Shown: piece by piece, positions 35,893 to 46,277 of the stretch | Layout of the letters: each line of letters starts with the position of its first letter | How positions within the stretch are numbered: the first letter of the stretch is position 1 | Source: a virus | Taxonomy: Duplodnaviria > Caudoviricetes | Length of the DNA stretch: 64,000 nt | Virus record (IMG/VR): IMGVR_UViG_2974723664_000001 | Location: 1-64,000 of that record | Strand: one strand, 5' to 3' | Made by a program: the position numbers and the translations under genes | The notes under the pieces: model-generated | Databases searched by the model: none | What the model was told of the DNA's origin: nothing | The model's input: only the letters and a program-made list of their open reading frames with translations

Positions 35893-38800
35893 TTACCAGA
35901 CCAGGTTATGCCAGGGGTTCAACGTGGGAGCACGAAGCCCCATTGCAGGACCCATCGACATGCCCAGCTTGCCTTCAGCCAGGACCGAGAACAGGTTGTC
36001 CTCAATCGGCAGGCCCACGTTACCGAACATGGTGGGAGTCGGAGCCAAGCCAGCGATCAACGCATGGACAGGGTTGTTCCGGATCATGCTCATAGCCACC
36101 TTCGCAGAACGAATCTTGAAGTTGTAGAACCAGAGCAGGCCCATGCTCTCCATGTACCCACGGAAGCGGCCAGGGAGTCGGTCGTAGTTGATGAACTCTT
36201 CCGTGACACGGCTATCGGCATCTTCCTTGGTGCGACCTTGACGCTTGATCATGTCGTCATGGATCAGTGCCTTGGCGATGAAGTCACTGTACTCAACAGC
36301 CTTCTGAATGCCTTGGAACAGAGCCGTATCCTTCGTGATCAGTGCATAGCGACCAGCGTTACGGATGGACTTCGGCAGCTTCTCAGCCAGCTTGTCCATG
36401 TAGTCGTTGATCTTGCCATCGGTGATCAGCAGATCATCACGGGAGATACCGGCATCAGCGATGCTGGAGAACTCACCACGTTCGATCAAAGGCCAGATGG
36501 ACAGACGCTTATGGGCATCAGTGATGGACTGAATCTCAGCATTGATCTTCCGTTCCTTCACCGGGTCACCTTCAGCAGCACGAAGTTCAGCTTCAAGCTC
36601 CACTTGACGGAGACGACTGTTCACATAGTTGTGGATTTCAGCAGTCTTCTTGGGCAGACCCATGACGATGTTCTTGATGGGAACGCCACGACCAACCATC
36701 TGGTAGATGTTGGCCAGGAAGTTCACCACCGGTATCATCACAGACTTCACAACGATCAAGGTTTTCGCAGTCTTCACTGCACCTTGGATTGCTTGTTCCG
36801 TGTTCATCACGTACTTGTAGGCTTCATTGCCGAAGAGACCCAAGGCCATCTTCTTGATTGCTTCCTGGGTAGGAGCAGACAAGCGGCTATTGCCAGTCCA
36901 TGCATCACCAACCGAAGCCATGCGGTAACCGAAGGCATCGTTCAGCATGTCCTTGCGAACCCAGAACTCACCTTTGCCGAAGAGACCCTCAGCACGGTCT
37001 TGCGTTGCTTGGTTCACCAGCTTCCAGGCATCAGCCAGCACTGGGTCCTTGACATCGAACATATTGACGTACTCGTTGGCACGGCCAGCAGCCGCATCCT
37101 TCTCGTACATCTTGTGCAGGTTGTCCACCAGGGCATCGTTGAAGAACTGTGCCTTCGCCTCTTCCATCTGACGACCACGCCATGCACCGACCATGTTGGC
37201 GAAGTGCTGATCCTTGTTGATACGGTCGAACTGCACCAGGTCAACAGAACGCTCATACGCCACCACCGAACCGTCCTGTGCATAGACAGGCAGCAGGTTT
37301 TCCACACCACGCTCACCGGACTGGAGAGCCTGGGTGATACGTTGCACGGAAGGCTTGTCCACGATGCGACCAGCAGTCGGCATGTTCATGGTGTAACCAG
37401 TCGTGGTATCCACACCACCCGCAGTGTTTCGCACGTTCTGCATGATCCCTTGAGAGAAAGCAGTACGGCTGGACACGGGCAGGAAGTAGTAGCCACGCTT
37501 GCCAGTGAAACGATCGGCAGAAGAGCCACGGTAGTCGCCCACACGGACGTAGGACTTCTGGGTCAGCTCGTTGTACTGGGTGTCCTCAGCAACAATCATC
37601 TGCATGCCTTGCTTGCCCTCCGAGGGGATGTATCCCTTGTAGGAATTCAGGCGAGCAGCATCCGACTGGGCAGCCTTGGCGGACTCATCGGTACGCTGGC
37701 CAACCATGTAGGCAATGCTGAAGTCCAGGCCAGCCGCTTCGCTTTGAACCAAGGAGGACAATGCCTCACGCTGGGTCTTCGGCATGGCTTCCAGGGCGTA
37801 CAGCGAGGTCAGTTGGTCCACTGCCTTGATCATGGCATCCGTGGGCAGAGCACGGCCCTTGCGAGCACGCTCACCGAACAGACGAGCCACGGACTCCGCA
37901 TTACGCAGCAGGTTCTGTCCAGGCTTGCCCGTAACCATGTAGGTAGCCAGTTGCTTGGCCTTCTTCATGATCAAGGGAGCATGTGCAGCATCCATCTTGC
38001 CCAGTTCGATTTCCAGATCGTTGATCTTGGAGTCCACTGCCTTCTGGTCTCCCAGAAGAGAGCGGATTTCATCCATGGACATGGATTCACGCAGCGATGC
38101 AATGTCCGTCTTGCCCAGGCCAGTGTGCAGAGCCGTCCACTCGCTGGCTTCCAGCTTGCGGGAGAACTTCTCGGCAATGGTCGTGGGCAGGTGCTCACGG
38201 AACTGCTGACGGTCCTGCTGAACCTGGGAACGCACCGACTTGATCATGTCGTACACATCAGCGTTTTCGCTGGTACGACCAACCAGATCGTTGATGAAGT
38301 CGTGGAACGGCTTCCACTTGTTCCCTTGGTTCATCTGGCTCATCAAGCCCTTGCTGACTTCAGTACCGTTCTTCTCGGTAGCCACAGCAGCAACACCCTT
38401 CAGAGCCTGGGCAGCCAGCTTCATGCCCTTGCTGGTCGTGGGATTCGCCAAGATGCCATTCGCCTTGTCGATGGCAGCATCAGACAGACGGGAGACACCG
38501 TTGACCACGATGTCATTGGCACGGTCGATCATGTTGCCGGTCGGGGTAGCGACAGCATCATAGAAGGACTGAGTGTCCTGCGACGTTTCGGCAATGGTCT
38601 CCGACAGAGCATCCAGTGCAGCCGTGACGTTATCCGCCTTGGTATCACCAGCCAGTCGGCGATTCAGTGCTTCCATTGCCTTGGTTCCAGCATTGGTCAG
38701 CAGGGCATCGATACTGTTGCCGAGCACCTTGTCCTTCTTGGGGACAGGCAGTTTGGCCAGCACAGCACGCAGATCGTCATGCACCATGGATAGAGCCAAG

Positions 38801-41800
38801 AAGGTAGGCAGCAGGGAACTACGGCCAGCCTCGTCCGTCGTGGTCAGGTAGTTGCCCATGATCACGTCGTACTTCTCTTGAGCGTAGTAGCGGTCAGCCG
38901 GATCATTCCCTTGAGGATCGGCCATGAAGTCTTCCACCTTCACCGTCTTGGTGACATGAGAGTAGAGTTCCTGAGCACGAGCCAGAGCATGGGGATCGAC
39001 AGCCACTTCGGTTGCCAGAGCAGCCACGACATTACGGAACACGCCCTGCTCCTGCATGGTCATGGGGAACCCATGGGCCTGCACGTTGCGGGACAGTGCC
39101 AATGCTTGCGTGAGAGCGAGGCGATGCTTACCCATACGCTCGAAGGACTGCACCGGAGAACCAGTGAGGTAATCCGAGATCAGGGAATCAAACGTACCCT
39201 TCAGTTGAGCCAGACGCTCAGAGTCACCGTAGGCACGGCTCATGAAGAGGGTGCTGTCCTTGGTCACCGCAGCAGTGCTAGGTTGAGCACGCATGATGAT
39301 GGCCGAGTTGAACAGCAAGTTGCTGAACATGTCATCGCCCACATTCGGCACAACCTTACGGCCCCAGATCAGGGACTTGATACCTGCCAGCACTTCCTTG
39401 GCAATGCGAACCAAGGGGTTCACAGCAGTGGCCTTCTGGCGTGCAGTGAGTTCACGGTTGGTCAATGCCCAGGCCATGAATTCATTCAGAGCACCAGCCT
39501 TCGACAGAGAGGGATCGATGAACCCGTCCTGATGGAAAGAGGTGATGGCATCCATGGCATCAGCATGAGCCGATTGGAACTCAGGAGAAAGACTTTCGGT
39601 GTCCAGCTTGGTGAACTGATCCATCAGCTTCTCGATGCGGCCGATAGCCTGCGCTACCACGATATCCGAGGAACCGTTGTAGTGGGCGTACACCTTCTCG
39701 AACGTGGCAGCATGAACCATTTCATGAATGAGCGTCTCATTGCTGGGACGAGTCATGTACATGGTCTTGTCATCGAACGTAGTCCAACCGTCGATGTTGC
39801 CCTTCTTGGCTTCTGCCAAGTCTTCACTGGTCAGAGACTGCTTGCCCGTCAACTGAGCGTACAGGTTCACCTGCTCAGGAGTACCCAGGATCATCTTGTA
39901 ATCCTTGGCAGCCAGAGACTTCTGGATTTCGTTCAAGACAGCAGCTTGCTCCGGAGAGAACTTACTGATCTTGCCCAGGTTCTTGATGGCAGTCACCGAC
40001 AGGATGCGAGCACCCGACTTCTTATGGACACGTCCCACCGCTTCAAAAGCAGGGTTCAGCTTCTCGGGAGCTACGGTAGACGCAACAGGTTCAGCCTTCT
40101 TCGACGGCGATTGGAGTTTGTTCAACTCTTCGTTGTAGAGACGGTTGAGGGTTGCGACTTGCTCATCGAGAGTCAGCAGGGACAAGTCCAGTTTGCCAGT
40201 GGTCTGGTAGGGAACACCCACGGCAGCCATCTGGTCGATGGACAGGTTCACTCGATCCAAGGCACGATGACGAGCCTCAGCTTCCATGGCCGATTGCTTC
40301 AGACGCTCACCCAGAGCGATAGCAGCAGCTTCCAGGACTTCCGGCTTCACATCTTCCTTCCACTGCTTGGGTTCCAGCAACGAACGCTTCAGACCAGTGG
40401 TCAGATCGTCATTCATGTTGCTGAAGTCAGCAGCCTTCAAGAACTTCTGGTACGAGTCCGAAACAGCCTGGAGGGGATTGCCCATCCAGCTTTCGTAGAC
40501 CGCTTGGTTCGCCTTCTGAGCATCAGCTTCGATGGAAGACAGCTTCATGTTCATGCCGTCGAAAATCTTCAGCGTGCCAGTGGGCTTGCCCTTCATGGTA
40601 GCCAGGGTCTGCATCATCTGGCCGTCACCGGTGCCGATGGTCATGACAGGGATACCTGCCACACCAGCATCGGAGGGACCATAGACCTGAGCAGCCACAC
40701 GCATCTTGCCATTCAAAGCACGAGCGTAGTCCATACCAGCCACTTCACTGTTCTGCGAGCCAGCGATGTAGAAGTTCTGGGAGCCAGTCTCCACCAGAGG
40801 GGCGTACTTGCCCAGGCTCTTTTGGATGGAGTCCAGTTCTGCTTGGCTCAGGAAGTCACCCTTCTTCCAGTTGGGGTCCTTCGCCTTCTCTTCCAGTTTC
40901 GCTTGCACAGCATCACGGAAAGCTTCTTGCAGGAACAGAGACTGAACCTGGGTAGCCTTCTGGAGTTGCTTGGTCGAATCCATGAGGGACGAACCAATGG
41001 TTTTGGTGATGGCGTCACGCATCGGATTCACGAACAGATGCAGCATGTTGGTCTGCATGGTGTTCAGTTCATCCGGAGTCAGCGTAAAGGTCTGGGGATT
41101 CAGGCCCGAACGCTTGGGTGCGTCAACACTTTCCAGGACCATACGATCCTTGCGAACTGCCGGTTGTGCCGTCGTCAGTGCTTCCAGGGAAGTGGCGAAC
41201 TGCTCCATCATCTGGTTGGCGTGTTCGACCGATTCAGCCTGGGAACCAAAGAGGGCCATTGCAGGAGTCAGCGAGGGGTCTTCCGTCACAGCTTGGACAG
41301 CAGCGCTCATGCGTTCGTAGATCGAGTCAACGACAGACGAAACCATCTTGCCAGCGATACCCTTTGCTCCCGATCCATAAATGGTGATCGTGAGGGGGTT
41401 CTTGGCGATACCACGCTTCAGTTCCAGGTTGCCGTTCTCATCCACCGACAGGTCGGGGAGGAAAAGGTCCATGATCCGTTGCAGTTGGTTCAACTGGTTC
41501 GTCATACCAGCATCACTCGACACTTGCTGACGCAGAGCCTTCAGACCTTCAGCCAGAGCATCGGTCGAAGTTTGGTACAGGTCTCGACCATCGATCTTGG
41601 AGCGATGTTCGTTCATGGTCATGCCAGGAGTCAGGAACAGGCCACCCTTGGCAGAGTTGCGGATGAAGTCCGCATCGAAGGGACCAGCAGACATCAACAC
41701 CATGGCATTGATGGGACCGTTGGTCACACCGTCAGCTTCCACATACAGCGGAGTCTCGAAGGATGCACGAGCAGCAGCATCCGCACGTTGGTAGCGAGCG

Positions 41801-44800
41801 TACTCAACGAGAGCATGCAGAGCCACAAACGACAGATCACTACCCAGACCTTCCTTGAGGGTAGAGACTGCATCAGCAGGAAGATCACCGGAAGTTTCCA
41901 GCCACTGGTTCAGCATATCCACCGAGGGCTTCAGCTTGCCATTCAGGTCAGCCATCAGCTTTTCGGTAGCAGCTTCACGGCTCATGTTGTGAACCTTGAT
42001 GCCCAGTGCTTGAGCCAAGCCCAATGCAAAGCGGCTGAAGTCACGACCATTCTCACTAGACAGGTCCAGCGTGGATTGAGTCGGCAGCAGGGCTTCACGC
42101 ACCAGCTTGGTGGATTGGGGGTTGTACTTGCCCAGCATCTGCATACGACCGACACGGGTCATGTTGTAGCCGAAGTGCATCGGGACGGAGGTAATGTCCT
42201 CTGCTTGGTTCGACACTTGAGCAACCAGACCTTCCAGGTGGTTGTACGCAGCAGCGAGGGAACGGTTCTGACCTTCCAGGCTGATGGCATGGTTGACGTT
42301 GAGCATGTTCTCGTTGATGCGGCCAGCACCCATCAGTTCCAGAACACGATCTTGGCCCAGACCAGCGAAGAAATCCACCATTGGCTTGTGCAGACGGAAC
42401 GGGGTATCGATCTCGTTCTTCAAAGCTGCACGATCTTCGGGAGTGTTGGCCGTACCCGGGTTGCGGAGTTGGTCATGCGGTACAGCAGGACGCTCGTCAC
42501 CAAAGTAGGTCTTCTCTTCCGGAGTCATCAGAACAGCTTCTTCGATGGCCGTGGGGAAAGCACGGATGATCGAATCCTTGTCTTGCTTCATCGGACGGTA
42601 AATGTCGATGGTCTTGGAGGCACCCTTCTCGTCTTGCAGCATGACGCCAGTGTCCGACAGGTAGATGCGTTCGACTTCCACACCACCAGCAGCCACGAGA
42701 GCCTGGAGCATTTCAGCAGCCATGGCCAGGGGGATACCACGCACGTACCCCAGAGGGGCATTGCGATTGCGATTGAAGCCCCAGTAGGCTTCGATCTTCT
42801 GAGCCAGGGAGTTAGCAGCTTCGGTCAGGGTAAGACCGGAGTTCAGCTTCTCCACCAGACCAGCAGGCTGTTCACCTTCTTCCAGGCCCGTCAGTGCCTT
42901 CGCATCCTTGGCATCCTTGATGGCACCACGATCAACAGCCGTGAGTTGCCATTGCAGACCAGCCAGAACAGCCGATTGCAACAGGCTTTCGTCATAGGCG
43001 AAGGAACCATCAGACGGACGGACGATATTCAGGAGCTTGCCTTCTGCCCAGCGGTTTGCCTCGGTTCCCTTTGCGAAACGCTCACCGACGTTCTTCTCGG
43101 CCAGGAACTTGGCGAGGCTGGAACGCAGAGAGGAAGCAAGGGTTTCCCCGTAGGAAAACACAGCTTTGTAGGCACGAACGAGATCGGTGTCAAAATCTTT
43201 CGACACTTCTTGTCCCATGAAAGCAGCCATACGCTCCTTGGAACCAAGGGCTTGACGGACAGTCGTGAGGGGCGCTTCATCGCCCGTGATACGGGTTTTC
43301 GGCTCTTCAGGCAGGGAGAACGACTGTTTGAAGTAGTTCTTGATGCCTTCAGCCTGGGGATCGATGGAACCAACCAGATCGGGGAAAGCAGCATCGATAC
43401 CTTCACGCTTCACTTCCGGAGCAGGCTCTTGCTGAACCTCAGTGACTTTGGTCACAGGTTCTTGCACCTGTTCCTGCACAGGAGCAGTTTCCGGGGTTAC
43501 AGTAGGGGCGTCTTCGACCACAGGGGTCTTAGGCGCTTCTTCTTTAACCTTCGCGGGTTCAGGTTTCATCTCGGGCGTAACGACAGCAGAATCGGCCTGC
43601 TTGAACTCCTGAACCACTTGGGCAGCAGGTTTGTCCAGACGCGAGTCCAACGGAACCAATTCAACATGACCGACCTGCAACTCCGGGTAAGCCGAAGCAA
43701 GGTTATTTGCGATCTGACCAACGGTCGCAGCTTCAAGTGCAACTTGCTGGGCAAACTGAACCGACTTGGCATTTTGAGGATTGACCCCCAGTCCCTTCTT
43801 GCTCTCGACCCACTCTCGGGAGGGAGTCAAAGCCTGGTACTTGACCGAACGATTCGCGTCACCATTCCCCGTAGCGAGATGGGTGTTCAGCGCTCCGACC
43901 TTGTTCTGCATGTGCTGCGCGAACTTGACGAAGTCGTCAAGGCGAGCGGAGGCCAAGTCGAAGTTACCCGCGTTGTACGCCGACCGAATCCCCTTCGCAT
44001 GTTGAAGCGCCGAATACTGTCCTTCGCCCGAGCGGCTCTCGTCCGTCTTAATCTGCATCGACACCACGTCTTGAGGACGTAGGCCCAACTTCTGGGCTTG
44101 AGCGTCATACTCACGAGCACCCTGCAACAGAGCCGATGCACTCTTCAGTGCGGCAATCTGCGGGTTGCTCAGAGAAATCTTCCCTTCCGACGCATGCTTG
44201 AGAATCTGGCCAATCACTTCGGGGTTGGCCTTTTCCGGTACAACTTCAGCTTGTGCCACAGCGACACGAACGTTCTGTTCACCTTCAGGCGTAGCCAACG
44301 ACTCTTCCGTGACCGGTGCCACTTGGGCATCAGCCAGCATGTTCTGGATGGTGCGGTATGCACGCAGAACCTTGGGAGTGTTGGCCAAGTTGCCGATCAG
44401 ACCGGAGAACTGGTCCAGCACAGCATTGGCTTCATGACCCTTGGGCATCTGATCCAGGGCAGCAGGACTACGCTCGATGAACGAGCTGACGTTGTTCGTC
44501 ATGTCATGCAGAGCCAGAGCAGCACCCAGTTGATCCATGGAGCCTTCTTCCGCTTGGTTCACGAAGTCAGCCAGACGGTTGAATGCTTCGGTGCGAGTGG
44601 TTGCGTCACCCACAGCAGTACGGACAGCATCCGAGATCATCGGGCTATCCAGTTCGGCCGGATTGAAGCGGGTAGCTTCCATCAGGTCCGTGATGTACTG
44701 GTTCGCAGCAGCCTTTTCTTCCGGAGTAGCAGTGGATGCTTCCACACCAGCACGCAGGGTTTCTTCTGCCTGGGGAGCAGTAGCCACAGCTTCAGCATTG

Positions 44801-46179
44801 GCTTCAGCCATGACCGTATCCGAGATGGGCGAAGCCTTCTCGTTTTGTGCCATGACAGCTTCACCACGCTTGATGAGGGCTTCACGGGCAGGAGCAGTAG
44901 CAGCATTCACCACATTGCCCACACCACGAGCAGCAGCCATCGTGGTACGTCCGATGGGGGCAGCAGCCTTGGCAGCACCACCAGGAACCTGGACAGCACC
45001 AGCCGTACCCATACCGTACAGAGCACCCATACCAGCTTGCTCACCGACACCTTCCAGCAGGTCTTGGTTCTTGTCCACCTTGGCTTGCGTGGCAACGTTC
45101 TGTGTCAGTTGACCAGTACCGGACTGGATGCCTTCTTCCACCGTCTCACGCAGCATGTTGCTTGCGATGGAACCAAGGGAACCCACAGAGAAGGGGGCCG
45201 ATTCTAGACGGCCAACCAGCGGACCAGTTGCAGCACCGATGGGAGCTTGGATGGCAGCAGCGATCTGACCGGCTTGACCAGCCAGACGACGCTTGGCTTC
45301 ATCTTGCGTGAAGCCCTGATCCAAGAATGCACGGTAGTCCTCGGAAGTCTTCATGAGTTCATCATGGGACTTCTTCATCACGTCAGCAGCGGTTTGCTGA
45401 TATGCACCACCACCTTCCATGGCACCGATAGCCACAGCAGCCTGACCAGCAGTGGAGGTCATGCCAGTGGCAGCACCGACTGCTTTCATCAGAGGCCCGG
45501 CAGCCAGCAGGCTACCGACACCCTGGGAAATGCCAGAGGTCAAGGTAGTGGGATCGGAGGCAGCGATGCCGACCGAAGAGATGATGTCACGACCCAGACG
45601 TTCCAGACCAGCGACGAAGCCGGGAGTACCAGAAGCGATGGATTCTTCCTGCTTCTTCTTGTTGTCCCGGCTGGCTTGTGCCACTTGTGCAGCTTGCACA
45701 CGGCGTTTCGCCTGGAGGGCAGGCGATTGAGTACCTTGAGCGAATTCATTCATGTCGCCCAGGGCTTCAGCGATACGAGCACCGGCATTGTTCGAGACGA
45801 GGCCCGTACCTAGAGCAGCGATACCGCCCACGGCATTGGCCAAGCCAGTACCGATATCGGTCACTGCATCAGCAGCACCTTGGGAGAAGGTGCGAGGTTG
45901 GGATTGATCACCGATCAATTGACCGGCAGCATCACCACGACGCATCAGAGCGTCGAAACCATACTTGCGTCCATAGGATGCGGCATCCATGGTTCGCATG
46001 TCTTGTTCTTGTTGGGAACCGGAATCCAGCCCGTAGCCAGCCTGTTGACCAGCCAGAGCCTGATATTCCATTCCACCAGCTTCCGCTTTCTTCTGCTCAG
46101 TGGCAGAGGCTACTTCCGAGCGCTTGGTGTCGTGAATCGCATCTGCGAAACCCGCCAAACGGTCAAAGATCGAAGTCAT
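35893..46179 (-). CDS. virion-encapsidated RNA polymerase (N4 gp50-like)
   Basis: 3428 aa; YVEADGVTNGP, KRGIAKNPLTITIYGSG, LKIFDG; no Cys seen on reading. Confidence 0.96.
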   Translation of the reverse strand: MTSIFDRLAGFADAIHDTKRSEVASATEQKKAEAGGMEYQALAGQQAGYGLDSGSQQEQDMRTMDAASYGRKYGFDALMRRGDAAGQLIGDQSQPRTFSQGAADAVTDIGTGLANAVGGIAALGTGLVSNNAGARIAEALGDMNEFAQGTQSPALQAKRRVQAAQVAQASRDNKKKQEESIASGTPGFVAGLERLGRDIISSVGIAASDPTTLTSGISQGVGSLLAAGPLMKAVGAATGMTSTAGQAAVAIGAMEGGGAYQQTAADVMKKSHDELMKTSEDYRAFLDQGFTQDEAKRRLAGQAGQIAAAIQAPIGAATGPLVGRLESAPFSVGSLGSIASNMLRETVEEGIQSGTGQLTQNVATQAKVDKNQDLLEGVGEQAGMGALYGMGTAGAVQVPGGAAKAAAPIGRTTMAAARGVGNVVNAATAPAREALIKRGEAVMAQNEKASPISDTVMAEANAEAVATAPQAEETLRAGVEASTATPEEKAAANQYITDLMEATRFNPAELDSPMISDAVRTAVGDATTRTEAFNRLADFVNQAEEGSMDQLGAALALHDMTNNVSSFIERSPAALDQMPKGHEANAVLDQFSGLIGNLANTPKVLRAYRTIQNMLADAQVAPVTEESLATPEGEQNVRVAVAQAEVVPEKANPEVIGQILKHASEGKISLSNPQIAALKSASALLQGAREYDAQAQKLGLRPQDVVSMQIKTDESRSGEGQYSALQHAKGIRSAYNAGNFDLASARLDDFVKFAQHMQNKVGALNTHLATGNGDANRSVKYQALTPSREWVESKKGLGVNPQNAKSVQFAQQVALEAATVGQIANNLASAYPELQVGHVELVPLDSRLDKPAAQVVQEFKQADSAVVTPEMKPEPAKVKEEAPKTPVVEDAPTVTPETAPVQEQVQEPVTKVTEVQQEPAPEVKREGIDAAFPDLVGSIDPQAEGIKNYFKQSFSLPEEPKTRITGDEAPLTTVRQALGSKERMAAFMGQEVSKDFDTDLVRAYKAVFSYGETLASSLRSSLAKFLAEKNVGERFAKGTEANRWAEGKLLNIVRPSDGSFAYDESLLQSAVLAGLQWQLTAVDRGAIKDAKDAKALTGLEEGEQPAGLVEKLNSGLTLTEAANSLAQKIEAYWGFNRNRNAPLGYVRGIPLAMAAEMLQALVAAGGVEVERIYLSDTGVMLQDEKGASKTIDIYRPMKQDKDSIIRAFPTAIEEAVLMTPEEKTYFGDERPAVPHDQLRNPGTANTPEDRAALKNEIDTPFRLHKPMVDFFAGLGQDRVLELMGAGRINENMLNVNHAISLEGQNRSLAAAYNHLEGLVAQVSNQAEDITSVPMHFGYNMTRVGRMQMLGKYNPQSTKLVREALLPTQSTLDLSSENGRDFSRFALGLAQALGIKVHNMSREAATEKLMADLNGKLKPSVDMLNQWLETSGDLPADAVSTLKEGLGSDLSFVALHALVEYARYQRADAAARASFETPLYVEADGVTNGPINAMVLMSAGPFDADFIRNSAKGGLFLTPGMTMNEHRSKIDGRDLYQTSTDALAEGLKALRQQVSSDAGMTNQLNQLQRIMDLFLPDLSVDENGNLELKRGIAKNPLTITIYGSGAKGIAGKMVSSVVDSIYERMSAAVQAVTEDPSLTPAMALFGSQAESVEHANQMMEQFATSLEALTTAQPAVRKDRMVLESVDAPKRSGLNPQTFTLTPDELNTMQTNMLHLFVNPMRDAITKTIGSSLMDSTKQLQKATQVQSLFLQEAFRDAVQAKLEEKAKDPNWKKGDFLSQAELDSIQKSLGKYAPLVETGSQNFYIAGSQNSEVAGMDYARALNGKMRVAAQVYGPSDAGVAGIPVMTIGTGDGQMMQTLATMKGKPTGTLKIFDGMNMKLSSIEADAQKANQAVYESWMGNPLQAVSDSYQKFLKAADFSNMNDDLTTGLKRSLLEPKQWKEDVKPEVLEAAAIALGERLKQSAMEAEARHRALDRVNLSIDQMAAVGVPYQTTGKLDLSLLTLDEQVATLNRLYNEELNKLQSPSKKAEPVASTVAPEKLNPAFEAVGRVHKKSGARILSVTAIKNLGKISKFSPEQAAVLNEIQKSLAAKDYKMILGTPEQVNLYAQLTGKQSLTSEDLAEAKKGNIDGWTTFDDKTMYMTRPSNETLIHEMVHAATFEKVYAHYNGSSDIVVAQAIGRIEKLMDQFTKLDTESLSPEFQSAHADAMDAITSFHQDGFIDPSLSKAGALNEFMAWALTNRELTARQKATAVNPLVRIAKEVLAGIKSLIWGRKVVPNVGDDMFSNLLFNSAIIMRAQPSTAAVTKDSTLFMSRAYGDSERLAQLKGTFDSLISDYLTGSPVQSFERMGKHRLALTQALALSRNVQAHGFPMTMQEQGVFRNVVAALATEVAVDPHALARAQELYSHVTKTVKVEDFMADPQGNDPADRYYAQEKYDVIMGNYLTTTDEAGRSSLLPTFLALSMVHDDLRAVLAKLPVPKKDKVLGNSIDALLTNAGTKAMEALNRRLAGDTKADNVTAALDALSETIAETSQDTQSFYDAVATPTGNMIDRANDIVVNGVSRLSDAAIDKANGILANPTTSKGMKLAAQALKGVAAVATEKNGTEVSKGLMSQMNQGNKWKPFHDFINDLVGRTSENADVYDMIKSVRSQVQQDRQQFREHLPTTIAEKFSRKLEASEWTALHTGLGKTDIASLRESMSMDEIRSLLGDQKAVDSKINDLEIELGKMDAAHAPLIMKKAKQLATYMVTGKPGQNLLRNAESVARLFGERARKGRALPTDAMIKAVDQLTSLYALEAMPKTQREALSSLVQSEAAGLDFSIAYMVGQRTDESAKAAQSDAARLNSYKGYIPSEGKQGMQMIVAEDTQYNELTQKSYVRVGDYRGSSADRFTGKRGYYFLPVSSRTAFSQGIMQNVRNTAGGVDTTTGYTMNMPTAGRIVDKPSVQRITQALQSGERGVENLLPVYAQDGSVVAYERSVDLVQFDRINKDQHFANMVGAWRGRQMEEAKAQFFNDALVDNLHKMYEKDAAAGRANEYVNMFDVKDPVLADAWKLVNQATQDRAEGLFGKGEFWVRKDMLNDAFGYRMASVGDAWTGNSRLSAPTQEAIKKMALGLFGNEAYKYVMNTEQAIQGAVKTAKTLIVVKSVMIPVVNFLANIYQMVGRGVPIKNIVMGLPKKTAEIHNYVNSRLRQVELEAELRAAEGDPVKERKINAEIQSITDAHKRLSIWPLIERGEFSSIADAGISRDDLLITDGKINDYMDKLAEKLPKSIRNAGRYALITKDTALFQGIQKAVEYSDFIAKALIHDDMIKRQGRTKEDADSRVTEEFINYDRLPGRFRGYMESMGLLWFYNFKIRSAKVAMSMIRNNPVHALIAGLAPTPTMFGNVGLPIEDNLFSVLAEGKLGMSMGPAMGLRAPTLNPWHNLVW

Positions 46180-46229
46180 GGGAATTCCTTGATAAGCAGG
46201 TATGTTTGTAGGGAGTTTACCACTCCCAA

Positions 46230-46259
46230 ATGAAAACGCCCACTCCGAAGAGTGGGCGT
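46230..46259 (-). terminator. rho-independent terminator
   Basis: minus strand CGCCCACTC-TTCG-GAGTGGGCG-TTTT. Confidence 0.85.
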
Positions 46260-46277
46260 CGAAGTGGCTGGGCCAGT

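Noticed and set aside
38878-44082. 1734-aa + strand ORF (also 35857-38793 and 49653-52394)
   Set aside because: Antisense shadows of vRNAP and structural genes caused by codon bias; no motifs, implausible composition
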